This document shows positions 47,220-57,966 of a DNA stretch of 64,000 bases, in pieces. This DNA is from a virus. Lineage: Duplodnaviria; Caudoviricetes. The notes under the pieces are model-generated. The model searched no databases. It was not told where the DNA came from and worked only from the letters and a program-made list of their open reading frames with translations. The stretch lies in the IMG/VR virus record IMGVR_UViG_3300028854_000488, one strand, 5' to 3'. Position 1 is the first letter of the stretch. Every line of letters begins with the position of its first letter. The translations under genes and the position numbers were made by a program.

Positions 47220-48104
47220 ATGAATAAATTAGAATTGAATAAATATTATCTTATGGATGTTTTAGATGGTATGCATAAAATTGATGATGAATCAGTTGAT
47301 ATCGTGTTAATAGATCCACCTTATAATATAGGTAAAGATTTTGGTAATAATAAAGATAATATGAAACTTGAAGATTATATAGAGTGGTCTAAATTATGGA
47401 TGAATGAATCTATAAGAATATTAAAGCCAACTGGTAGCATTTTTATCTATGGGTTTTCTGAAATATTGGCTCATTTATCAGTAAATTTAAATTTAAATAA
47501 GAGATGGTTAATTTGGCACTATACTAATAAAACTGTACCTACATATAAAAGTGGTTGGCAAAGAAGTCATGAATCTATTATATGGGCATATAAAAATGAC
47601 GCTATTTTTAATGTTGATGATGTTAGAGAACCTTATAGTGAAACATTTTTAAAAAATTCAGCAGGTAAAAAAAGAACAAAAAGTGACACAGCTAGATATG
47701 GTGGATATAAAGATACGGTATATGAGGCTCATCCAGGTGGAGCATTACCTAGAGATGTGTTTACTAACATATCATCATTAGCAGGTGGAGCAGGATCAAA
47801 GGAAAGATACTTTTTACTTGACGGTAAATTTTGCCTACCATCTGAAATGAAAAATCTTTCATCTGAAAAAAAGAAAGACGTAGTTAAGCATCCAACACAA
47901 AAACCATTAAAGTTAACTGAGAGATTACTATTATCATCTAAGCCTTCTGACGGTGGTTTAGTTGTGATACCATTTGCTGGATCTGGTAGTGAAGGTGTGG
48001 TTTGTAGAAAATTAGGAATGAATTTTGTTGGTTTTGATAACAATCCTATATATATCAGCATGTCTAATTCTGCTGTTGAAAATTGGAAATTTCTTGTAGA
48101 TTAA
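47220..48104 (+). CDS. DNA methyltransferase (amino-MTase, beta class)
   Basis: LIDPPYN, HPTQKPLKL, VIPFAGSGS. Confidence 0.92.
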   Translation: MNKLELNKYYLMDVLDGMHKIDDESVDIVLIDPPYNIGKDFGNNKDNMKLEDYIEWSKLWMNESIRILKPTGSIFIYGFSEILAHLSVNLNLNKRWLIWHYTNKTVPTYKSGWQRSHESIIWAYKNDAIFNVDDVREPYSETFLKNSAGKKRTKSDTARYGGYKDTVYEAHPGGALPRDVFTNISSLAGGAGSKERYFLLDGKFCLPSEMKNLSSEKKKDVVKHPTQKPLKLTERLLLSSKPSDGGLVVIPFAGSGSEGVVCRKLGMNFVGFDNNPIYISMSNSAVENWKFLVD

Positions 48105-48132
48105 AATATGATATTAATAAAAAAGCTAATCT

Positions 48133-48735
48133 TTACAGATTAGCTTTATATCTTTTTTCTCCTAATGTTGATATTTCTTTATCAATTTTAAATTTAATAT
48201 ATTTTTCTATGTTTTTTAATTTTAGTGTTATCCATAATTGTGATGACATATTTTTAACTATTCTTAATTTTACATGAGAATCATCAGTTGTGCGCCATCC
48301 AGATTTATATTCTTCCCATGTCATACTTTTTGATTCAAATATATTAGACGGAAGAATGTAAAAACTATATGATATTTTTTCTTTATTTTCATTTCTAGCT
48401 AATACATAATAGTATTCAAAATTCTTACCTTCATTATCAATGAATTCAATCATATTAGGTAAGTTATTTTTATATCTACTTAATCTGAATGATGACATTT
48501 CCAATATATCCTTAGTTACTTTAGCTGATTTTACTGATGCATTATCTTCTAATGCTTCTATGTCTCTACCTGCTGTGTGACTACCTGAATTGTAAGTGTA
48601 TGTATTGTCTGAATCTTCTAATGCGAATGTTATTAGTTCTTCAAGAACTAAATCTGTGATTTTTATTTTTGATTGCTCTAATCTATTATTTATGTGGAGC
48701 TCTAGACAATCTATAAATTTTTTTTCATTTTTCAT
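48133..48735 (-). CDS. Putative type II restriction endonuclease convergent with the MTase
   Basis: SH.AGRDI......SVKS (PD-(D/E)xK-like), SSFRL; position next to MTase. Confidence 0.45.
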   Translation of the reverse strand: MKNEKKFIDCLELHINNRLEQSKIKITDLVLEELITFALEDSDNTYTYNSGSHTAGRDIEALEDNASVKSAKVTKDILEMSSFRLSRYKNNLPNMIEFIDNEGKNFEYYYVLARNENKEKISYSFYILPSNIFESKSMTWEEYKSGWRTTDDSHVKLRIVKNMSSQLWITLKLKNIEKYIKFKIDKEISTLGEKRYKANL

Positions 48736-48997
48736 TTTTAATGATATTTAAATATATTATATCATTAAAAAATTAAAAGTTTATATTATATTGATCTATT
48801 TATATTAATTATTTTTCTTTTCTATTATGAGAAATTAAATTTTTGATGAAATTTTCTATATTATTGCTCCAATATTCATTTGACTCTACTTTAATATCTC
48901 TGAATGATTTATAACCAGATACAATCTCATATATTTCGCAAGGATTTAAAAAATAACAATATTTTTTTTATATATACAATAAAATATAAAATTATTA

Positions 48998-50413
48998 ATG
49001 AAAATATACTCTAATGAATATATTACAGATTTTAATAAATTAAAGAATGCGGTAATAGGGTTCGAATTTGAATTCTATACTGATAAATCATATTTTAAGT
49101 TACTTGAGTTATTAAATAATGAGTTAGCACCAATTCAAAGTCGTGGGTTTCGTAAATATCACTCTGATTTTGTACCAGATGAAAATAATTTTAAGCTTGA
49201 GCCAGATTTATCCGGAGGTCCTGAATTATGTGAATACATCACAGGACCAATACCTTATGTAAATTCAAAGATTATTTTATTGAAAATTCTTAAAGTTTTG
49301 GATAAATACGCAAGAACGGATGAAAAATGTTCTATACACATTAATATATCTTTTGAAGATATTGGTAATGGTAAAGTATTAGATAATTTAAATAAATTGA
49401 AATTAATTTTAGGAGTAGATGAAGATAGAATTTATAATTTTTTTCCTGAAAGAAAGAATAATATTTATGCAAAAAGTGTTAAAACATTAATTCCATTTAA
49501 AGGATTTGATTTTTCAACTAATGCTGTTGATATACTACAGAATAATGTGCAAATCGGGAACACAAAATATTACGGTATAAATTTTTTACCTGCTGAAAAT
49601 ATTGAAGCATCTGGACAACGATTAGAATGGAGATATATTGGTGGAGATAATTATAATAAGAAATCCGCAGAAATATTATCATTAATGGATTATTTTATTG
49701 CGATTACTTGGAATTGTTGTGATGCTAAATTAGATGAAGATGATTTAAAAAAATTACAAAAATACTTATTTGAAAATATTAACATTTTTAAAACATTTTC
49801 AAATTATAATGATTTTATTGCAGAATTTCCAACAATTGATGTTCAAGTAGATAAATTAAATGATTACAGTATAATAAAAGCATATTATGATACAATTTAT
49901 ACTAAAATATTTGATATGGTTAGAAATATTTATAATCTTAAAGATTGTATTATAAATTTAGACACAGAAGTTAATAGAATTGAATTGGTTGATGCAACAT
50001 TTAAAACAATATTTGATCTTTATGATTTAGATTTCATAGAATGCACTATGAATAGTGGTAGATATAATAGTTGTAATTTTATTTCATCAGAATTGGTTAA
50101 TGGTACTATTCACGGAGGAGATATTTCAGATACTGATGTAATAAATTCTAAAATAGAAAGTGCAACAATTGATTTAGATTCAGAAGTTAGTGATTGCTAT
50201 TTATATCAATGTATGGTCAATTGTAGAGTTAAAGGCAACTCTGTTATAAGAATGTGTAAACTTGGACCTAATGCTGTTATAGATGATTCAGTTAAAATTG
50301 CAACAGATACAAATAATTATTTTCATACTACACCAACTGGTGAAGATGTTAAAAAAGGTCCAGAAGATTTGAAAGATATGAAAATACCTTTCACTAAAGG
50401 AAAAAAATGGTAA
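48998..50413 (+). CDS. Putative amidoligase (COOH-NH2 ligase type 2) with C-terminal beta-rich region
   Basis: IGFEFEF, EPDLSGG, EYITGP, CSIHINIS, KYYGINF, LEWRYIGG. Confidence 0.75.
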   Translation: MKIYSNEYITDFNKLKNAVIGFEFEFYTDKSYFKLLELLNNELAPIQSRGFRKYHSDFVPDENNFKLEPDLSGGPELCEYITGPIPYVNSKIILLKILKVLDKYARTDEKCSIHINISFEDIGNGKVLDNLNKLKLILGVDEDRIYNFFPERKNNIYAKSVKTLIPFKGFDFSTNAVDILQNNVQIGNTKYYGINFLPAENIEASGQRLEWRYIGGDNYNKKSAEILSLMDYFIAITWNCCDAKLDEDDLKKLQKYLFENINIFKTFSNYNDFIAEFPTIDVQVDKLNDYSIIKAYYDTIYTKIFDMVRNIYNLKDCIINLDTEVNRIELVDATFKTIFDLYDLDFIECTMNSGRYNSCNFISSELVNGTIHGGDISDTDVINSKIESATIDLDSEVSDCYLYQCMVNCRVKGNSVIRMCKLGPNAVIDDSVKIATDTNNYFHTTPTGEDVKKGPEDLKDMKIPFTKGKKW

Positions 50414-50420
50414 TTTATTT

Positions 50421-50753
50421 ATGATAATACAGAAATTTAATGAAAATAATCAAGAAGATTACGATATATTTGTAAATAAAGTGAAATCTTTGTTTTTAGA
50501 ATTGTGGGATGATAAATTAGGAATTATAAATTTTAAAATTGACACAAATGTCAGATTTTGTCTATCTTTTAAAATTAGTATGTCAATTACAAATGATAAT
50601 TTTGTAGAATATAATGAACTGTGTAACATTTTAAATGATTCTGATGCAAGATTTCAAATAATTAATTATGTTATGTACGCAAGTGTAACTAATTTTAGTA
50701 AACTTATCAACAATATGAAAATATTAAAAAATTCAAAAAAATTCAACATATAA
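50421..50753 (+). CDS. Small protein with QKFNE head and KKFNI tail
   Basis: MIIQKFNE...NSKKFNI. Confidence 0.55.
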   Translation: MIIQKFNENNQEDYDIFVNKVKSLFLELWDDKLGIINFKIDTNVRFCLSFKISMSITNDNFVEYNELCNILNDSDARFQIINYVMYASVTNFSKLINNMKILKNSKKFNI

Positions 50754-51178
50754 TGATAACAAGCTTTAATACTAAATCAACAGATCATAATTTTTATTTT
50801 CCATCTGTTGCAGGCCCAGAAGGTAAAATTCCTTTTGCTGGAACAAATTATGGTGAAGAACCACGAATAAAAAATTTCAAACAATATTTTGGTGAATATA
50901 GAAAAGGATCAGATAAATTTGGCAAATTAGTAGAAAGAATAATGGAATTTTTAAGATTACCAGAATTTAAAAATAAATTAGATGAAAATGATGGATTGAA
51001 ATTTGTTATTACTGATTTTGAAGCAAGGTCTAATATCAAAATAGAAAAAATAAAACAATTATTAAGTAATGATACAAATCTTTATAGCTTTGATATTAAG
51101 ATAGATGATAAATATATCACTTTTTCAAATATAAACAAAACAAGAAAAGAAAGATATGTAACAGGAAGAAAAGATTAA
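50753..51178 (+). CDS. Hypothetical protein
   Basis: Coupled ORF. Confidence 0.5.
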   Translation: MITSFNTKSTDHNFYFPSVAGPEGKIPFAGTNYGEEPRIKNFKQYFGEYRKGSDKFGKLVERIMEFLRLPEFKNKLDENDGLKFVITDFEARSNIKIEKIKQLLSNDTNLYSFDIKIDDKYITFSNINKTRKERYVTGRKD

Positions 51179-51183
51179 ACCAT

Positions 51184-52488
51184 ATGAATAAAAATTTATT
51201 ATTTGTGATACTATTATCAATTGCTGCACTATCATTGGCTGGTACTGCAGCATATTTTTCGATTTTTGGACTCACAAAATTATTTGCATCTGCAGGAGCA
51301 GGTATAACAATATTAGCAGCAGCATTAGAGTTTTCTAAATTAGTTACAGTATCTTATGTTTATCGTTATTGGAAAAAAATAAAACCTGTTTTAAGAGCAT
51401 TTTATGTTTTTGCAGTAGTATTCATTATGTTTTTAACATCAGTTGGAATTTATGGATTCCTTGTAGGATCATATCAACAATCATCTACTAAATTAGAAAG
51501 TAGAGAATCTCAAGTAAAAATTATAGAAAGTAAAAAATCATTATTTAAAATACAATTAGATATGATTAATAAATCTATAGAAAGTTCAAATACTAGAATA
51601 AATACATTATCTGGATTGAGAACACAGCAAGAAAAAAGATTGGATGATCTTTATACTAAAAAAAATAATAATGTTGCAAAAAGTGCTGAAACTCATATAA
51701 CAGGTTCAGATAATCAAATTAATATGCTTAATGCTGATATCACAACAAAAATGAAACAAGCAAGTGCATATAATGATTCAATAACTTATTATGATCAAAA
51801 AATTATAAATTTGAAATCATCAGACGAAACAAATGAAATTGGACCATATAAATTTGTAGCAAAATTAACAGGTATACCCATTGATAATTTAGTTAATATT
51901 GTTGCATTACTGATTATATGTGTATTTGATCCATTGGCTATTACATTATTAATAGGAATTAATCAATTAACAACTAAAAAAGAAGAAGATGACGAAGAAA
52001 CTGATGATGAACATAACGAAGAAGATGATGATAAAAAAAATTATGAAGCCATAATATCAGAAACAATTAAATCTGTAATTAATAATCCTGAATCATTTGG
52101 TATTAATATTAATAAAAGTACTGAACCAGTAATTGTAGAGCCTGTTGTAGAACCTATTGTAGAGCCTGTTGTAGAACCTATTGTAGAACCTATTGTAGAA
52201 CCTATTGTAGAACCAATCGTTAGTTCAACTCAGCAATATCTTAATGATATGGATGAAATATATTCAGAAATTCGTGAGGAATGGAAAAATGAAGAATTAA
52301 ATGAACAAGTAGTAGATGAAATTCAAGAGTCAACAGAATCTGAAGAAATTGATGAAGAAGTAGAAGAACCAGAACTAGTTGCTGAAGCTGACGACTTTTT
52401 AACTTTATTTGAGGAAACTGATAATGAACTAATAACAGTAATTAAACGTGATAATTCAATTACAGAATATCACTACGACCAAAAATAA
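51184..52488 (+). CDS. Multi-pass membrane protein with long coiled coil and acidic tail
   Basis: Three N-terminal TM helices, coiled coil, VFDPLAI TM segment, EPxV repeats. Confidence 0.7.
   Translation: MNKNLLFVILLSIAALSLAGTAAYFSIFGLTKLFASAGAGITILAAALEFSKLVTVSYVYRYWKKIKPVLRAFYVFAVVFIMFLTSVGIYGFLVGSYQQSSTKLESRESQVKIIESKKSLFKIQLDMINKSIESSNTRINTLSGLRTQQEKRLDDLYTKKNNNVAKSAETHITGSDNQINMLNADITTKMKQASAYNDSITYYDQKIINLKSSDETNEIGPYKFVAKLTGIPIDNLVNIVALLIICVFDPLAITLLIGINQLTTKKEEDDEETDDEHNEEDDDKKNYEAIISETIKSVINNPESFGININKSTEPVIVEPVVEPIVEPVVEPIVEPIVEPIVEPIVSSTQQYLNDMDEIYSEIREEWKNEELNEQVVDEIQESTESEEIDEEVEEPELVAEADDFLTLFEETDNELITVIKRDNSITEYHYDQK
52123..52221 (+). repeat. In-frame 12-bp tandem repeat (EP[IV]V, about 8 units)
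   Basis: GAACCTATTGTA / GAGCCTGTTGTA units. Confidence 0.85.
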
Positions 52489-52523
52489 AAATCACTAAAA
52501 AATTAGTGATTTTTGAGTCTTTG

Positions 52524-53276
52524 TTACCTATCCATTATAAACCAACCAGTATTTGTTTCTGATCTTACTTTTTCTATTACTGCATCCATTTTTTCTTTAC
52601 CTTGAGAAATCATATCGGCTGAATTGTACTGAAAATTTCCTGGTAAATTAAAATTAAATCTCCCCACAGCTTGACCTTGTCTTATTTGACATAATCCAAT
52701 AAGATATTGTTTGAAATATACATTATCAAAAAGTTCTTCTTCTTCAATTCGTGAATATATTTCTAACATCATATCAGTATCAATCATTGTTAATAAATTA
52801 AGATGCTTATTTATATGATTATAATTAAATCTTATTGTATTTGTAGTCATTTTATTTATTTGATCAGCAAAATTACTAATAACAGAACGATACACTCCTA
52901 ATTCTCCTGCTGTGGTAACAAAAGACGTTAAAAAAGGCTGATTGGTAACTCCAAGATTTATAGAAAGCTGAGGAGCTTGTATTCCCAAGCGAAATAAATT
53001 TGGATTGTCTATTTTTACTATTCTAACTATATCTTCTACTTCTGGCGGTAAAACTATTGTTTTTGTTCTATGATATTCATCTGTGTCAATGAAATCTCTT
53101 TTAAGGTAATAAAACATTTTAATTTTAGAGAATTGATAATTTTTATAAAACCAATCTAAAGCTTCTTCTCTGACTAAACGAATTACTTCCATATCAGGTA
53201 TAATTTTATCAAATAATCCAGAAACGGTCAAATCCCCCTGAACTATATCAATTAATTGATCGATTGTCATTGCCAT
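52524..53276 (-). CDS. Neck/head-completion protein (T4 gp13-like)
   Basis: YFKQYLIGLCQIRQGQAVGRFNFNLPGNFQYN...QGKEK, like gp13 C-terminus. Confidence 0.75.
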   Translation of the reverse strand: MAMTIDQLIDIVQGDLTVSGLFDKIIPDMEVIRLVREEALDWFYKNYQFSKIKMFYYLKRDFIDTDEYHRTKTIVLPPEVEDIVRIVKIDNPNLFRLGIQAPQLSINLGVTNQPFLTSFVTTAGELGVYRSVISNFADQINKMTTNTIRFNYNHINKHLNLLTMIDTDMMLEIYSRIEEEELFDNVYFKQYLIGLCQIRQGQAVGRFNFNLPGNFQYNSADMISQGKEKMDAVIEKVRSETNTGWFIMDR

Positions 53277-53380
53277 AATTACAAATTATTATTTTTTATT
53301 ATATATAAATTTTAAATTGTCTATTTTCTGAAACAATTTTATTGAATAACTTTTTTTTATATATACAAATAAAAAAGAAT

Positions 53381-54433
53381 ATGATATTATCTGAAAGTGT
53401 GATTTTAAAAATGAATAATAGATATGTGAAACATTATATAGATAAAGGATATTATGTTAAAGGTGGACAAACTATAGAAGTTAAAATTGAAGATTTGACA
53501 ATTAATAGTAATGTCTTAATTGATGCTAAGTGTGATCGCTGTGGTGAAGAAAGAAAGATATTGTTTATTGCTTATAATAGATATACAAAAAATAGAACTG
53601 AGGACTATTATTGTCAAAAATGTAACAATATAAAAAGAAAAATAAGTGTCAAAGAAAAATATGGAGTTGATAATATATTAGAATCTGATGTTATAAGAGA
53701 TAAAATTAGAAATACTATGATAGAAAGATATGGTACTGAACATGCATTAAATGTTTTAGAATTTAAAGAAAAGATGAAAGAAACAAACAATATTAGATTT
53801 GGCTGCGATTATGCATCTGAAAATGATGAAATTAAAAATAAAATTAAAAATACATTTTTAAAAAATTATGGTGTTACAACATCACTTTTAGATAAAGACA
53901 CTCAAATTAAAATAGAAAACACAAATCTAGAAAAATATGGAGCAAAAAATGTTTTTTCATTGTATGAATTTAGAGTTAAGCCAATGTTAGATAAATATGG
54001 TGTTGATCACCCTATTAAAAATGATGATATACGGAACAAGATAGAGACAACAAATACTGAAAGATATGGTAATATAAATCCGATGTGCAATGATGATGTT
54101 AAAAATAAGATGATTAAAACTAAGCAATCATTAGGATTATATTTACAAGATTCTGATAGGAGTGATTTTTTGAATTATAAATTGAAAGTTAAATCATATA
54201 CGAATAAAAATAAAAAAGAATTATATGAATTTTGGAATGGTTATGATTTTTATGATAATGAATATATAAAAGGTAATAATAAAAATGATAGAAATTATCC
54301 AACAATTGATCATAAAAAATCTGTAAAATATGGATTTGAAAATAGTATTTCACCTGAAGAAATTAGTAAATTGTCAAATTTGTGTATAACAAAGAGAGGA
54401 ATCAATTCATCAAAGGGTTCAAATTGTAGATGA
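53381..54433 (+). mobile_element. Zn-ribbon, KYG-repeat, HNH-like endonuclease
   Basis: CDRC..C..C, repeated (K/R)YG units, YPTIDHK...NLCITKRGINSSK. Confidence 0.75.
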
Positions 54434-54727
54434 TTATAAATTATATTTTTCTCCTGCTGTTTTTATTTCATATTCTTCTAATGATTTGCCAGTTGTGAAT
54501 ATTCCATCTGCATATTCAAATATGTGAACATTTTTATTTTGATAGTTAAAAATTCTCCAGTAATCAATACAACAAAATTTATTATTATCATCTTTCAATC
54601 TGCATCCAGTAAAATTTGAATAATACATTTTATATTTTTTGCCTTTTGTGAATTTCCAATATAAGTCTGAATCATTTGATTTTACACATAGTAAGATACT
54701 ATCTATGTGTAATTTTATAATATACAA
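54434..54727 (-). CDS. Small protein with KYNL tail
   Basis: Ends AGEKYNL. Confidence 0.5.
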   Translation of the reverse strand: MYIIKLHIDSILLCVKSNDSDLYWKFTKGKKYKMYYSNFTGCRLKDDNNKFCCIDYWRIFNYQNKNVHIFEYADGIFTTGKSLEEYEIKTAGEKYNL

Positions 54728-54836
54728 AAATTAACACAAATAAAGTTATTGTTTATTATGGAAGTGCTAATTCGTTGACTTTTTTATTTTAATATATTTA
54801 TATATAAAAAATAAAATAAAAAATTTATATAAAGCT

Positions 54837-55478
54837 ATGGAGGTATTTAAGTTTAAAGAATTCACGATTAATGAAAACATCTCTTTAATTGATCATGACG
54901 GAATATTATTAATTGTTGATGTACAGTCTAATTTCAAGAAATATTTTCCTACTGATCCTAATGGATTTATTAAAAAAATAGATAAATATTGTTTAGATTT
55001 TCCATCAGATGAATCAGGAAAAGGGGTTTATCAAATATGGGATTCAAATCAAGGATCTAAACCTACTTATAAATTTAAAAATGAAGTTGATTTGATAGAA
55101 AAAAAATATGGAGTTAAGAAATTTTATTCTAAATATAAAGGAGGATTTAAGGAATGGATAACACATATATTTGATAATAAAACTCTTGAAGAATTCAATT
55201 CAAGACACAACAATTTTAAAAAAGGAGACGCTTTTAAATTAAAAGATAAGAATGAATTTTTAATATACATAGGTAATAATCATAAATGGTTTTATGTTAA
55301 TGAAGAATTGGTTGAATTATTTAAAAAATTTAAAAATAAAAAAATTATTGTGATTGGGGGTGCCTCCAATGAGTGTATTATGGATGTTTATATAGCATTA
55401 AAATCATTTAATTCTATACCAATTTATAATCATCAATATATTTATAGTGCTGATACTGGCAATTATTTAAAAAAATGA
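54837..55478 (+). CDS. Isochorismatase-fold (cysteine hydrolase-like) protein with FKEF head
   Basis: LLIVDVQ, VIGGASNECIMDV; starts MEVFKFKEFTINE. Confidence 0.65.
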   Translation: MEVFKFKEFTINENISLIDHDGILLIVDVQSNFKKYFPTDPNGFIKKIDKYCLDFPSDESGKGVYQIWDSNQGSKPTYKFKNEVDLIEKKYGVKKFYSKYKGGFKEWITHIFDNKTLEEFNSRHNNFKKGDAFKLKDKNEFLIYIGNNHKWFYVNEELVELFKKFKNKKIIVIGGASNECIMDVYIALKSFNSIPIYNHQYIYSADTGNYLKK

Positions 55479-56323
55479 TATATTAGTTTATTGTATTTTT
55501 GAGAATTTATAAATTTTTTAGTAAAACATAAATTTGATATTTTTGCAATTTCTTCTTCTTTTATACCATTTTTAAATCCCTCAGATATTGGATATTTATG
55601 ATCAATAGTAGGATAATCTTTATGCGTACCTGGTAAATTAAAATTATCTTTAATATATTCATTATCATAATAATCTTTACCGTCCCATGTAGAAAATAAT
55701 TCACTTTTTAATTTTTTTGTTAAATTATAAACTTTATTTCTATATAGTTGAAAATCATCTGTTTCTATAATAAATCCATTTTTAATATGATATTCTTTCA
55801 TGATATCTTTCATTTTATCAGAAGACATAGGATGTATTGTTCCATAATTTATTAGACTTGTCTGTTCATATTTTTCTTTAAAATCTTCACTTTGATAATA
55901 ATATTCTGTTCCATATCTCTCAATCATAGTTTCTTTTCTTTTCTCTTTGAATTTTTCAACTTGAGATGGATTTTCCACTTCATATTTTTCTAAACAAGTT
56001 TCTTTATGTTTTTCAAGATTACGATAATTTTCATCACCATATTTTTCTAAGTATGTTTTTTTAACTTTTTCTTGCCCACATTTTGATGAGCATGTATATG
56101 TATTGTGTTTTTTGATATTTTTAAAATAGAACCTATACATTAATTCTTTTTCAGTATCACAGACATCACATTTAACAGTAACCATTGAATGACTACCGTT
56201 ATTTAGATGTTCTACTGGTATTGTTAGTTTATTTCCTGGTTTAAGATTTTCGTATCCTAATGATTTGAAATGCTTCATATTTGCCGAATTTACTATTATT
56301 TCAATTTCTTTCGTTAGTATCAT
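55463..56323 (-). mobile_element. Zn-ribbon, KYG-repeat, HNH-like endonuclease
   Basis: CDVC..C..C, LEKYG repeats, YPTIDHK...NLCFTKKFINSQK. Confidence 0.75.
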
Positions 56324-56450
56324 TAGATGCGTTGTTTTTTATGTAATCAGATATAATAATTTCTGTTAATTTATTAATTTGATATCCATTATCTTTACAA
56401 TATTTTTTAAAAATATTATGTACTTTATCATCTATATGTAATGTTTTCAT
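56301..56450 (-). CDS. Small RHH-like protein coupled to endonuclease
   Basis: MKTLHIDDKVHNIFKKYCKDNGYQINKLTEIII; AATATCAA palindrome upstream (56492-56509). Confidence 0.6.
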   Translation of the reverse strand: MKTLHIDDKVHNIFKKYCKDNGYQINKLTEIIISDYIKNNASNDTNERN

Positions 56451-56626
56451 ATTATATTTTTTATTTATATATAAATTTATAAATATCAAAAAATATCAAT
56501 TTTGATATTACTTTTTTTTAAATTTGATAATAATCTTTACCGTCCAATGTTTAATATATTTAAATTTTTTTGAAAAATAAAATTTATATATAAACTATAT
56601 AAAATTTAAAAATAAATAAATTAAAT

Positions 56627-57334
56627 ATGTTAAATTATATACTACTCGCAATTAATATTGCTAATATATTTCAAGATTACGGTTTTATAATTACGGTTTT
56701 TTTGATTGTAATTTTAATTTCTTATATGATGATAAATAGTTCGGCAAAAAGAATAAAAGAGCAAGAAGATAAAATTGATTCATTATATACTAGGTTGGAT
56801 GATATGATGAAAAAAATACCGAATGATGATCATTCTGATTTACCAACAAAATTTATGAATTTTGCAGAAAATGCAAATAAAATACAAATACAGATGTATC
56901 ATTTATTACAGATATTTGATAGTGAAAGGATATCTATTTATGAATTTCACAATGGGGGTAAAAATTTATCAGGCGTAGAATTTAAGAAATGTAGTAATAC
57001 TTATGAGGCAGTATCATTAGAAACCAAACCAATTATAAAAGAAATGCAAAATATGCCATTGAGTATAAATCCTCTTTGGAATAGAATATTAGCTACACGT
57101 GAAGAGATTTATATTCCAGTTGTAGCTGATTTGAAAGATTATTTTTTAAAAGATTATTTAACATCATTAGGTATAAAAACTTATTACTCAACAATTTTAG
57201 AAGATTATGATAATACTCCAATTGGACTTATAACAATGGAATATTATTATCATACTAAAGAATTAACTAAAGAACAATTTGAAGAATTTGCTGAAACAGC
57301 CATAAAAATAGCGGTATTAATAAATAAAAAATAA
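56627..57334 (+). CDS. Membrane-anchored GAF-like protein (T4 holin T-like)
   Basis: N-terminal TM; RISIYEFHNGG..L.G..F.K.S.TYE.V. Confidence 0.6.
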   Translation: MLNYILLAINIANIFQDYGFIITVFLIVILISYMMINSSAKRIKEQEDKIDSLYTRLDDMMKKIPNDDHSDLPTKFMNFAENANKIQIQMYHLLQIFDSERISIYEFHNGGKNLSGVEFKKCSNTYEAVSLETKPIIKEMQNMPLSINPLWNRILATREEIYIPVVADLKDYFLKDYLTSLGIKTYYSTILEDYDNTPIGLITMEYYYHTKELTKEQFEEFAETAIKIAVLINKK

Positions 57335-57345
57335 TTCATAAGAGT

Positions 57346-57966
57346 ATGAATGAAATCGTTATATGTATATTTATTACTTTAGTTATCATTGGATTTATTA
57401 TAATGACAAAAAAAATTTATAATAACAACAAAAAAAATTATAGTACTTTATTTGAATTTATATCAAGAAATATTGATTTTTTAACATATCATGAAAATAT
57501 ACAATATATGAATATGTTAAAAGAAACTGGTACACTATTTTCTTATTATCAAAGGATATCATCGGATTTAAATTTTAATTATATGAGTTTTTTCAAATAT
57601 GATTATACAAAGGGTTATATATCATTAGATTTTTTATTTACAATGAATAATTCTGGTAAACTTATTGATGATAGAGTATTAGATGAATTGCCAGTGACTT
57701 CTAGTAAAATAGCTACAACTATATTAAGAAGTGATAAAGATTTCAATTATATATATCTTGATGATATTAAATCTCTTAACCATAATAAAGATATTTATAA
57801 TATATTTAAAGAAAGATCTGTTCATAAAATTTATTATAAAAAAATATATAATGAAGTCGATAGATTAGGATTCTTTTTTGTAACATATACTGAGGAACAT
57901 ACTATGTCTGATGATGAACAGAAAATATTTTTAGATGTTATGAATCATGTTAAAACATTAATTTGA
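57346..57966 (+). CDS. Second membrane-anchored GAF-like paralog
   Basis: N-terminal TM; SFFKYDY, IYYKKI, LGFFFVTY. Confidence 0.45.
   Translation: MNEIVICIFITLVIIGFIIMTKKIYNNNKKNYSTLFEFISRNIDFLTYHENIQYMNMLKETGTLFSYYQRISSDLNFNYMSFFKYDYTKGYISLDFLFTMNNSGKLIDDRVLDELPVTSSKIATTILRSDKDFNYIYLDDIKSLNHNKDIYNIFKERSVHKIYYKKIYNEVDRLGFFFVTYTEEHTMSDDEQKIFLDVMNHVKTLI

Noticed and set aside
48800-48940. Start-less minus-strand frame ending HNRKEK
   Set aside because: No start codon and stops interrupt the tail; at most a decayed RKxKL-family fragment.
52123-52221. EP(I/V)V tandem repeat as a phase-variable or DGR-type locus
   Set aside because: In-frame 12-bp low-complexity linker, with no reverse transcriptase or template repeat in the window.
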